A stretch of 64,000 nucleotides of DNA from Verrucomicrobiota bacterium. Its GTDB lineage: Bacteria; Verrucomicrobiota; Verrucomicrobiia; Verrucomicrobiales; DEV007. The stretch is from contig JASFYY010000054.1 in NCBI GenBank assembly GCA_045046875.1, positions 1-64,000 of the forward strand. Reading direction: 5' to 3'. Position numbers and translations under genes: made by a program. A model generated the notes under the pieces. The model was not told the DNA's origin. It saw nothing but the letters and a program-made list of their open reading frames with translations, and ran no database searches. Each line of letters begins with the position of its first letter. Position 1 is the first letter of the stretch. Below, one piece after another: positions 30,740-39,476 of the stretch.

Positions 30740-31323
30740 TGAAAGTCGAGCCTACCCTCAAAACAGCTCTTGGCGAGAATATTGCATTCACGGTGATTTG
30801 CCTTGGATTAGCTTTCGCACTTATATGTAACGCTGCCGATCTGATCAACATTGGCGGCCGTCGCGAGTTGTTCGTAGATCGGCATCTCATCGATACACTG
30901 GACGGTGCAAGACTTGTATTACACCGTCCACATCGCGAAGTTCCCGTGGTGCGTTTCAGTGGGCAACCATGGGAAGGTCACTACTCTGGTTATTGCACCG
31001 TTCTCCGAGATCGAAATAATTGGCGGCTCTATTACCGTGGCCGACCGGAGTTTGGCAAAGATGGTGACCCCAGCGAATTTGCCGGGCTTCCACTTGCGAA
31101 TGGTGGAGCCGTTCACCGGATGGGTTTTTATCACATGATCCCGGCAAATATTTGCGGTGATTTTCGTGAAGAAGTCGTGCTCTGGGATCCAACGGCCTCG
31201 AGCATTTTTATCTGCACCGCCAAGCCTATTCAACGAATCGGCATATGGACGTTACCAGGCAACTCCGCGTCAATACAACCCACGTCTGATGGATTAAAGG
31301 AGGGAAGAATTTCGCAGTCCTGA
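30739..31323 (+). pseudogene. Probable chimeric remnant of two carbohydrate-active genes
   Basis: N-part has signal peptide plus IGGRRELFVDRHLID..RLYYRG; C-part has ANICGDFREEVVLW; a natural-looking C-terminus (..YQATPRQYNPRLMD*, stop 31295-31297) lies in a shifted frame. Confidence 0.55.
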
Positions 31324-31341
31324 ATGCCGATTCTTATTTCA

Positions 31342-34300
31342 ATGAAAAACCACAAATTCATTTTAGCGTTTTTTGCTCTTTCTGCTTATCAAAGCGCTTG
31401 GTCAAAAGATGTTGTGTTGCCTCAAGCCGCACCCGACTGGCAGGTCGAACTCATTGCATCCGCACCGGATATCCATGCCCCGACGGCAGTCGTCGAGCAT
31501 CGCAATGGAACGATTTACCTCGCTCAGGATCCGATGGACATGAACGGACCCTCGACGATACCGGCGGACAGCATCGTGGCCTTGAACTGGAAAGACGGGA
31601 AACTCAGTAAAAAAATCTTTGCCGACAAATTGTGGGCGGTGATGGGCTTGGAGTTAATTGGTGGCACACTTTATGTGGTGCATGCTCCGTTCCTGAGCGC
31701 TTTTCGCGACACGGACGGTGACGGGCGAGCCGATGAACGTGTTGATCTCATCACCGGCCTGGGACCACCTTTGCCTGCGTTTAGTGGATACAACGACCAT
31801 GTGCCTTCGGGTATGCGAGTGGGAATGGACGGCTTTCTCTATATCTCGATCGGTGACAAGGGGATCCCCCTCGCAGTTGGTCGCGATGGGAAAAAGATAT
31901 CACTGCGTGGAGGTGGTGTGATCCGAGTACGTCCGGACGGGACGGATCTGGAAATTGTCAGCAATGGATTGCGCAACCCGCTTTCCGTGGCGCTCAACGC
32001 AAGGGATGACGTGTTCACTTACGGCAACGATGATGATTCGAAGAAATTTCCCAACAGTCTCGTTCACAACATCGATGGAGGTTATTTTGGATATCCCTAC
32101 GATTTCATGAAACGTTCTCATCTCTGTCTGCCGATTGTAGGCGGAGAACTTGGAGGTGCCGGAACCCAGGGTTTTGCATTTAACGAGGACGGGCTGGCGC
32201 TTAAGTTTCGCGGCAATCTGTTTTTCTGTGACTTTGGTCGCCAGACACTGGATCGATTTGAAGTCAAACCTGCAGGTGGAACTTATCATTTAAAAAAACG
32301 TTCCCACATTCTGACATCAGGAAAGTTGCGATCGTTCCGTCCTTTCAGTGCAGCTGCGGGAGCAGACGGCAATAGTATCCTGGTGACCGACTGGACCATG
32401 CCCGGACAACTGCAGACGGGGGCGGCCAGTACCGGTCGACTTTTTCGGCTGACTTATCATGGAGCCGATGCAATCAAGCCGAAACAGCGCGGAACGGATG
32501 CGGATTCCCTCGATCGACAACTGGAATCTCTTGGGCACTCGGCTCATCGTGAGCGACTGCGGGCGCAAGCTGCGCTGGTAAATATGGGTGAAAAGGCGGT
32601 GCCGGGGTTGCTCTCAGTAATCAATGATAAGAAAAGTGGAAGCGCCCGTCTGCATGCGCTCTGGGCATTGGATGCGATTGGAGGGGTTCGTGCTCAGGAA
32701 GCGATTGCCAACGCCATCGATGATGATGTTCAGGAACTGCGGACTCAGGCCTTGCGTGCCTTGGGGATTCGACGGCAAAAATCCACCCTTTCCCGAATCA
32801 CACCCCATCTCGCTGATGATCATGCTCCGGCTCGCCGTGAAGCAGCGATCGCCCTCGGACGTATGGGAGCGAAAGAAGCGATCGATCCCTTGTTAGCTGC
32901 GATAGGTGATTCGGATCGTTTTACAGCCTGGTCGATCAGGCTGGCCCTGCATCGGATTGGGCAATGGGATGGGGGAAAGCTTTCCAGGGCGGTGATGAAC
33001 AGCAAGGGTGAGCGCCAACACCAGATGCTGGTATTGTTGGAAGATGCCTGGAAATTACCTGTGGTTAAAGCATGGGCAGGCATCGCGCGTGATAGTGACG
33101 ATGCTGCGGTTCGACGAACGGCTTTACGAAACCTGGCAGCGCTCTATTATAAATACCCGGAATGGAATGGTTTCTGGTTTGGTCCCAACCCGCTGGCCAA
33201 CAACTCTCCCGAACGCACCGAGTCGTGGTCTGATAAAGCCATGCAGTTGATTAGAGAAACGCTGGATCAGGCTCTGAAATCCCAACATTCGGAAGAACGC
33301 CTTGGAGCTGTTGGAAGTCTCGCATCAATCGGCTTCGATGCCGGTCCAATGTTGGTGGAGGCTCTTCAACAGGAAAAGGATGCAAAAATGCGCCACGCCA
33401 TTCTACTGGCGCTCGGCAGAGCAGGGGTGAAGGTTTCGCCGGATTTGATAGGTGGGATGACTCGCGATGACGCGGAAAGCGTGGAGGTTCGACTGACTGC
33501 GGCTGAGCTTTTGGGGCAGGATCACAGTGATCACTCGACCGCTCAGTTGAAACAATTGCTTCAGGGAAAGAACATTCCCGAATCGTTAATCGCCATCGCA
33601 CTGTCTGAATTGGGGCGCCGACACGCTCTGGATGAGGATGCACTGTTGGCATTCAGCTCTTCCGATTCTCAAGAAACACAAATCGCTGCGCTCGAAGCGA
33701 TGGCGGCTGGAGATATCTCCTCTGCAAAAATGGAGAAGACTGTCATTGCATTGTTGAACAGCAAGAATGAATCGATTCAGGCTGCAGCCGTCCGGGTGGT
33801 CGGAGCAAGGCGCTATCAATCAGCGACTAAACGGCTGATCGAATTGCACCAGAATCAATCCTTGGCGCAGAGTGTCGAAGCTGCTCTGGCTGAAATGCCA
33901 AGCCCGCAGGCTCTGGATATTTATCTTGCCGGTCTCGCTGCCGCCAACCCATCACACCATCGGCGTTGCGCAGGTGCAATGACCGCAGTGCGTAATCAGA
34001 TTATAGATGAATTGAAAACACGCGTTGAAGCAGGTAAGATTTCTGCCCAAGCGCTGCCGGTAGTCGAACGCATCGTGATAAATTTCGAGCCGGTTAAAGG
34101 TTGGCAGGTGATAGGCCCTTTTCCTCGCCAAGTTCCGGACAGTCTCTATCGATCCAATCCCGACTATTCCACCACTATGCCAGGGGCGGAAGGCAGGAGC
34201 ATTACCTGGAATTTAAACCAGGCCGATGCAGAGACTGCTGCACTCGATTTGACAAAATTTAAAGGTGGCACCGGTGACACCGGAGGATTTGGTTATCAGG

Positions 34301-35094
34301 ACACCGGCACCAATTACATCAACTTGTTTGCCCATGCCTCGATTGATTCGCCTGAAGATCGTGAAGCCTTGCTACTGATCGGATCCAGCGGCTCGTTGCA
34401 CATTCGCATCAATGGCAAGCCTGCCTATAACTTTTCTAATCTGTCCGGACGTCCTTTCATTGCCGATGAGGATGCGGTGCGGATCAAACTGAAAAAAGGA
34501 CGCAATGAGATCCTCGTTCGCAGTCATACCGGGATCGGTCGCTGGCAATTCTCGGCGAAAATTTCCAAGCCCGGTCAGACTCTGATTTCAGCTGGATCAG
34601 TGTCATCCGGTCCAGAGCAACTGCGCAAGTGGGCGCTGGCTCACCCTGGTAATGCGGCAAAGGGGAAGAAGCTTTTCTTTGAAGATAAACGAACAGCATG
34701 CCTGGCCTGTCATGCAGTTCAGGGCAAGGGCGGTCGCATCGGCCCAGACCTCGCCGGGTTCGGGGCTAAATATGATCGCGCCGAAGCCGTCCGATCCATT
34801 CTCGAACCGTCCCAGCGACTGGCGACCGGCTATTCCCTGGTATTGATCTCCACAAAATCGGGAGAAGTGAAAAGTGGCTTGCTCAGGAATGAAACGGCAA
34901 CGGCTCTGGAACTGGTCGATCCTGCTGGAAAAGTCAGTTCGATTCCCAAGAGTTCGATTGATGAACGACGGGTCAGTGCGGTGTCCCTGATGCCTCCCAG
35001 CTTGGCTATGGCGTTGAGCAAAGAAGAGTTTTCCGATCTGGTCGAATTCCTGGTATCCCTGAAAAAAGTGTCGAAGCAGGAGCCTGAAAAATAA
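31342..35094 (+). CDS. PVC-type membrane-bound dehydrogenase beta-propeller / HEAT repeat / CxxCH cytochrome c protein
   Basis: DTDGDGRAD, GMDGFLYISIGD, GLRNP propeller; HEAT repeats; WQVIGPF beta-sandwich insert; CLACH..IGPDL..SLMP heme domain. Confidence 0.88.
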   Translation: MKNHKFILAFFALSAYQSAWSKDVVLPQAAPDWQVELIASAPDIHAPTAVVEHRNGTIYLAQDPMDMNGPSTIPADSIVALNWKDGKLSKKIFADKLWAVMGLELIGGTLYVVHAPFLSAFRDTDGDGRADERVDLITGLGPPLPAFSGYNDHVPSGMRVGMDGFLYISIGDKGIPLAVGRDGKKISLRGGGVIRVRPDGTDLEIVSNGLRNPLSVALNARDDVFTYGNDDDSKKFPNSLVHNIDGGYFGYPYDFMKRSHLCLPIVGGELGGAGTQGFAFNEDGLALKFRGNLFFCDFGRQTLDRFEVKPAGGTYHLKKRSHILTSGKLRSFRPFSAAAGADGNSILVTDWTMPGQLQTGAASTGRLFRLTYHGADAIKPKQRGTDADSLDRQLESLGHSAHRERLRAQAALVNMGEKAVPGLLSVINDKKSGSARLHALWALDAIGGVRAQEAIANAIDDDVQELRTQALRALGIRRQKSTLSRITPHLADDHAPARREAAIALGRMGAKEAIDPLLAAIGDSDRFTAWSIRLALHRIGQWDGGKLSRAVMNSKGERQHQMLVLLEDAWKLPVVKAWAGIARDSDDAAVRRTALRNLAALYYKYPEWNGFWFGPNPLANNSPERTESWSDKAMQLIRETLDQALKSQHSEERLGAVGSLASIGFDAGPMLVEALQQEKDAKMRHAILLALGRAGVKVSPDLIGGMTRDDAESVEVRLTAAELLGQDHSDHSTAQLKQLLQGKNIPESLIAIALSELGRRHALDEDALLAFSSSDSQETQIAALEAMAAGDISSAKMEKTVIALLNSKNESIQAAAVRVVGARRYQSATKRLIELHQNQSLAQSVEAALAEMPSPQALDIYLAGLAAANPSHHRRCAGAMTAVRNQIIDELKTRVEAGKISAQALPVVERIVINFEPVKGWQVIGPFPRQVPDSLYRSNPDYSTTMPGAEGRSITWNLNQADAETAALDLTKFKGGTGDTGGFGYQDTGTNYINLFAHASIDSPEDREALLLIGSSGSLHIRINGKPAYNFSNLSGRPFIADEDAVRIKLKKGRNEILVRSHTGIGRWQFSAKISKPGQTLISAGSVSSGPEQLRKWALAHPGNAAKGKKLFFEDKRTACLACHAVQGKGGRIGPDLAGFGAKYDRAEAVRSILEPSQRLATGYSLVLISTKSGEVKSGLLRNETATALELVDPAGKVSSIPKSSIDERRVSAVSLMPPSLAMALSKEEFSDLVEFLVSLKKVSKQEPEK

Positions 35095-35112
35095 GACGCG
35101 TAAATAATTCTC

Positions 35113-36684
35113 ATGAAAAAACAAATCCACACATTGCTGGCGGTAATCGCGGCGTTGACTTTTGGTCATGTGGTCTCTGCCGAGGCAAAACCTCCAAATA
35201 TTGTTCTCATTTTTGCCGATGATCTTGGTTATGGGGATATCGGCAGCTTCAATAAAAACTGTCCTTTTAAAACGCCGAACCTTGATCGTATGGCAGAGGA
35301 GGGCGCGCGCTTGACGAGTTTTTATGTGCCCACACCTTACTGCGCACCGTCGCGTGGGACGATGCTCACCGGACGCTACCCGTTTCGTCATACCGTGATG
35401 GGGAATCCGGCTCCTGATGCTGGTTTGTCAAACTTTGGTCTACCTGCCTCGGAAATCACGATTGCCGAAGTTTTAAAATCAGAAGGCTACGCCACTGCTG
35501 CATTTGGCAAATGGCATCTCGGCCACAAGCCGAAGTGGCTGCCGCGTACGCAGGGTTTCGATGAATATTTTGGGATTCTCTACTCCAATGACATGTTCCC
35601 CGTGCAACTGATCCACAACGAAGAGGTGGTCGAGTATCCGGTGGTTCAGGCCACGCTGACGAAGCGTTACATAAAACGAGCGATCCAGTTCATCGAGCAG
35701 CACAAAGACGAGCCGTTTTTTGTCTATCTTCCGCATGCCATGCCGCATAAACCGCTGGCGGTATCGGATGATTTCTATACGCCGACAAGCCGGGATAACC
35801 TTTATGCTGATGTGATCGCTGAATTGGATTCCAACGTGGGTCAGGTTCTTGCGAAGATCAAACAGCTCGGCCTGGACGACAATACGCTGGTGATCTTCAC
35901 TTCTGACAACGGCCCCTGGTATGGTGGATCCACGGGAGGTTTGCGTGGCATGAAAAGCATGACCTGGGAAGGGGGCTTGCGAGTGCCTATGATTGCCCGT
36001 TTGCCCGGCGTGATTCCAGCGGGAGTCGTTAACAATTCGCCAGCCGCCTCAATCGACATTTTCCCAACTCTGTGCAAGCTCGTAGGCGTGCCGGTTCCGG
36101 ATGATCGTGTCATCGATGGTCGCGACCTGATGCCTTTACTCAAGGATGCAAAAGTGGGGAGCCCACATAAAGCCATTTACGGAATGCATGGCAATAAGCT
36201 GAGCATGATTCGTGCTGGAAAGTGGAAACTTCATGTGCGTGCGCCTTCCCGGCGTCCCTTCGCCGGTATTCCGAAGGGACAATGGGCTGACTGGATTGAT
36301 CCGCGCGGGCCGGATGGAGTCGCCCTTCTCGCTCCCTACGAGCAACCCGGTCTTGATCAGTATCCCGGTTTGAGTAGCGGGGATGCACCCAAAGCGATGA
36401 TGTTGTTCGACCTCGATGTAGATCGCGGCGAGCAACACGACGTCGCGGATCAGCATCCGGAAGTTGTCAAAGAGTTGATGGCGATGTTTGAAAAAACGAG
36501 TGTGGAGGTGCCGGTGCTGCCGTCTGCTATATCCGATTACTTGTTCACCGGACAAAAAAAGGGCCGTCCCCGAACCCTGATGCGTTTGATCGGCGGTGAT
36601 CTTCGTTACGATCGAGTCCCTGAATCCCAACGTCACCTGCTGGCGCCAGAGGGAAAACCTAAGAATGATTCAAATAAACAATAA
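35113..36684 (+). CDS. Formylglycine-dependent (S1) sulfatase, exported
   Basis: PNIVLIFADDLGYGD, CAPSRGTMLTGR, GKWHLG, FTSDNG, EGGLRVP. Confidence 0.95.
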   Translation: MKKQIHTLLAVIAALTFGHVVSAEAKPPNIVLIFADDLGYGDIGSFNKNCPFKTPNLDRMAEEGARLTSFYVPTPYCAPSRGTMLTGRYPFRHTVMGNPAPDAGLSNFGLPASEITIAEVLKSEGYATAAFGKWHLGHKPKWLPRTQGFDEYFGILYSNDMFPVQLIHNEEVVEYPVVQATLTKRYIKRAIQFIEQHKDEPFFVYLPHAMPHKPLAVSDDFYTPTSRDNLYADVIAELDSNVGQVLAKIKQLGLDDNTLVIFTSDNGPWYGGSTGGLRGMKSMTWEGGLRVPMIARLPGVIPAGVVNNSPAASIDIFPTLCKLVGVPVPDDRVIDGRDLMPLLKDAKVGSPHKAIYGMHGNKLSMIRAGKWKLHVRAPSRRPFAGIPKGQWADWIDPRGPDGVALLAPYEQPGLDQYPGLSSGDAPKAMMLFDLDVDRGEQHDVADQHPEVVKELMAMFEKTSVEVPVLPSAISDYLFTGQKKGRPRTLMRLIGGDLRYDRVPESQRHLLAPEGKPKNDSNKQ

Positions 36685-36708
36685 ACACAAATCAAACTAC
36701 CTACTACC

Positions 36709-37338
36709 ATGAATACAAAATCAAAAATCATCACTGTCTCTATCGGTCTGTTTCTGACCGTCTCACTCGCGCTGGCCGCTGACAAGTCGGACGACGGCTG
36801 GGTCAGTATTTTCGACGGCAAGTCATTGAAGGGATGGACACCTAATGAAAAGCCGGAGAGTTGGTCGGTTAAAGATGGCGCGATCGTCGGTCACGGTGTG
36901 CGCAGTCATTTGTATTACATGAAAGAGCAATTCAAGGATTTTGAATTGAAGGCGGACGTCATGATCAATGAAGGCGGTAATTCTGGTATCTATTTTCATA
37001 TTGCCCACCATAAGGATGGCTGGTTCTACGATGGCCACGAAGCCCAGATCAATAACAGTCACGGTGACCCGGTCAGGACCGGCAGCTTGTGGGCGGTCGT
37101 GAAGCTGTATGATTCTAACGCCAAGGATAATGAGTGGTTTCCAATGCACATCACGGTTAAAGGCCAGAACATTGTGGTTCGTGTGAATGGCAAGGTCGTG
37201 GTCGATTACACCGAGCCGGAAGGTGCTACAGGTCCAAGGCATCTGGGCAAAGGTTACATTGCCCTGCAAGCTCACGACCCAGGCAGTGAGGTCAAGTTCC
37301 GCAATATTCAGGTAAAGAAGCTGGCGCCAAGAAAGTAA
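36709..37338 (+). CDS. DUF1080 (3-keto-glycoside hydrolase-like) protein, exported
   Basis: GWVSIFDGKSLKGW, NSGIYF, EAQI, TGSL, GYIALQAHD, VKFRNI. Confidence 0.92.
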   Translation: MNTKSKIITVSIGLFLTVSLALAADKSDDGWVSIFDGKSLKGWTPNEKPESWSVKDGAIVGHGVRSHLYYMKEQFKDFELKADVMINEGGNSGIYFHIAHHKDGWFYDGHEAQINNSHGDPVRTGSLWAVVKLYDSNAKDNEWFPMHITVKGQNIVVRVNGKVVVDYTEPEGATGPRHLGKGYIALQAHDPGSEVKFRNIQVKKLAPRK

Positions 37339-37442
37339 GTAGGACTCCTGGTATCCACACTGTAATGCTCGTAATGATGACACAGTGTAATGTGAGTTTT
37401 TTCGGGATTTTAATAGCCACCAGGGGAGGGTTGGCCACCCAA

Positions 37443-37673
37443 TGACGTAAGTGAGTCAAGTTATGTAGGTTTTTGATCCGCCTAATGATCCACTTCGGTC
37501 ATGAATTCCCGCTGTGTTCGCTCGAATTGCCCGCATCCCATGTAAACGGATCCACTACAATACCCTGTTTCCAGTGGTTTCCGGGCACAATACAGGTGAA
37601 GCTTGCTTCATACTAGGTTCGCAAACGACTCACGAACCGGTCGCCACGTTGAGCAAAATGCGAACTTTTATTG
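37443..37673 (+). repeat. ~231-bp non-coding element, copy 1
   Basis: Colinear with 38481-38712: TGACGYAAGTGAGTCAAGTTATGYAGGTTTTT, TGTTTCCAGWGGTTTCCGGG, CTCACGAACCGGTCGCCAC, CGAACTTTTATTG. Confidence 0.88.
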
Positions 37674-37787
37674 CTGTTTGCATAAGTGCCTGAAAATAAG
37701 TCTTTTGAGTGACTTGAGATCAGAAAGGTAAAAAGAAATCTCGAAATAAAGCTATTCGGAAACACCGAAATAGATTGCCTTATTCAT

Positions 37788-38012
37788 ATGGGTTTTCGTG
37801 ATCGTATCACTATTGAAGCAGGCAAGCGCAGTGGTCAGCCGTGTATCAGGGGGATGCGTATCACAGTTGTAGATGTATTGAAATACCTTGCCGGGGGAAT
37901 GTCGCCGAAGGAAATCCTTGCGGATTTTCTCGAATTGGAGTCTGAGGACATCAGGGCTTGTTTGGCTTTCGCTGCACAACGTGAGCGTCATCTTGAAGTG
38001 TTGGGGACGTGA
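37788..38012 (+). CDS. DUF433 family antitoxin
   Basis: RITI..GKRSGQPCIRGMRITV.DVL..LA.GMS..EIL.DF..L..EDIRACLAFA. Confidence 0.92.
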   Translation: MGFRDRITIEAGKRSGQPCIRGMRITVVDVLKYLAGGMSPKEILADFLELESEDIRACLAFAAQRERHLEVLGT

Positions 38013-38342
38013 AGCTTTTGCTGGATCAAAATCTGTCAAGACGACTGGTTGGTATTATCAGCGAAAAAATTTCCAGGCTCAGTGCATGTGATCGAACTGG
38101 GGATGGAGAAAACCGATGACATCGCGATTTGGAATTATGCCAAAGAGAATGATTTCACCATTGTATCCAAGGATAAGGACTTCTGGCAAAGGAGTATCTT
38201 AGTAGGGCATCCTCCTAAAGTGGTTCGGCTCAGAGTGGGAAATTGTTCTGTGGATGAAACTGCTAAAGTAATCCTCCATAATGCGGATGGAATAAAAGCT
38301 TTCCTTACGCATGAATCAAAATCCTATTTTCTTCTACCGTAG
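38009..38342 (+). pseudogene. DUF5615 / PIN-like toxin, frameshifted
   Basis: GTG start overlapping the antitoxin stop gives MKLLLDQNLSRRL; the remainder (FPGSVHV..DDIAIWNYAK..IVSKDKDF..GHPPKVV.LRVGN) is in the +1 frame across an A6 run at 38064-38069. Confidence 0.85.
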
Positions 38343-38480
38343 GTGCGAGGTCATTGTTCCCAGAGCATCGGGACGACTTACTCAAAATAACCCGCGCACG
38401 GATTCCGGCGATCACCAGTGAATATTGATGTGGGATTCAGATAGATGAGAGGTTTTCCCAAGTGAGTTGATTTACCCTGA

Positions 38481-38712
38481 TGACGCAAGTGAGTCAAGTT
38501 ATGCAGGTTTTTAGGCTCGGCCTAGAGTCTGCTTGGCTCACGTTTCCTGCCATTTACCAGCAGATATACCCAGCTCCCACCGAAACGGATTGACCACAAT
38601 TCCTTGTTTCCAGAGGTTTCCGGGTACCAGAACCACGAAGTCTTGCGTCAGGAAAGTTCGGTTTCCTCTCACGAACCGGTCGCCACTTTGAGTAGAATAC
38701 GAACTTTTATTG
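38481..38712 (+). repeat. ~232-bp non-coding element, copy 2
   Basis: See copy 1; has perfect inverted repeat TGACGCAAG (38481-38489) / CTTGCGTCA (38642-38650) and GGTCGCCA at 38678-38685. Confidence 0.88.
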
Positions 38713-38752
38713 GGTCTCCACCAAAGATTGGGGACAAGAGTATTTTTTTAGG
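38712..38752 (+). repeat. 40-bp direct repeat, copy B
   Basis: GGGTCTCCACCAAAGATTGGGGACAAGAGTATTTTTTTAGG; abuts the end of element copy 2. Confidence 0.92.
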
Positions 38753-38946
38753 GGGAGCGATACTCCACTGATAACTTCTTTGGACCGCGCTTGGCAGATA
38801 CCTATCAAGGTGGGGATAAGGAAGCTCAGAAAAATCTGTTGAATTCGATAAAGGTAAAGTAGTCAGGTGGTAGGCGAAGTAACACCTCGGTAAAAAACAA
38901 ATATTCCAAACGATGTTCTCTTCCGCCAGCTTTGCTAAATAGCAAT

Positions 38947-38974
38947 TTGCATCTCCCTGCTCTTTTATTATACT
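38947..38974 (+). promoter_or_regulatory. Possible sigma70-type promoter for the lipoprotein gene
   Basis: TTGCAT-N16-TATACT ending 9 nt before ATG 38984. Confidence 0.35.
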
Positions 38975-38983
38975 AAAACACCT

Positions 38984-39451
38984 ATGAATACCCGCAACAC
39001 TGATTCAAGTTCCTCCAAATCGACGGGCAAACAAATCACCAGGGCAGCTGCTCTTGTCGCCCTGCTAGCAAGTTCAGCTCTTACCTTCGGTTGCGTTGCA
39101 GCAGGAGCCACTTCCGCAAGCCTTGGTTCCATTTCATCTCTTTCAGGGTCCTCTGCTAGCAGTGCAGCTAACCACCATCACCATAGTGCTTATTACAATG
39201 ATGTGCGCGAGTCCACAGCTGCGGCGATCATCGCCCAGGCTTCCACTGCTGAAGTCCTGCGCAGCGTCAGTCGTGCTGCCAAACAACACGGCATCAGCGA
39301 TTGGGAGGCGGAGCAAGATTCTTACATCGCCCTTGGCGAAGGACTTCGCCAAGCAGGGTTGACACAGGATCAAGCTCAAAAATGGATCTCCCGCCTCAGT
39401 CCTGGAAATCAACAAAACGCTCAGCTCATGCTGAAAGCTTACCAGGCCTGA
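38984..39451 (+). CDS. Putative lipoprotein with Ser-rich linker
   Basis: Hydrophobic leader with LTFGC lipobox, Ser-rich segment, helical domain YYNDVRESTAA..HGISDWE..ALGEGLRQAG. Confidence 0.75.
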   Translation: MNTRNTDSSSSKSTGKQITRAAALVALLASSALTFGCVAAGATSASLGSISSLSGSSASSAANHHHHSAYYNDVRESTAAAIIAQASTAEVLRSVSRAAKQHGISDWEAEQDSYIALGEGLRQAGLTQDQAQKWISRLSPGNQQNAQLMLKAYQA

Positions 39452-39476
39452 GCCTGTCTCGACACCATTTCATTCC

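Noticed and set aside
37443..38752. CRISPR array, integron attC sites or dif site as explanation of the repeats
   Set aside because: No regular repeat-spacer periodicity or cas genes; no RYYYAAC/GTTRRRY ends; TTATGT is present but there is no XerC-like arm.
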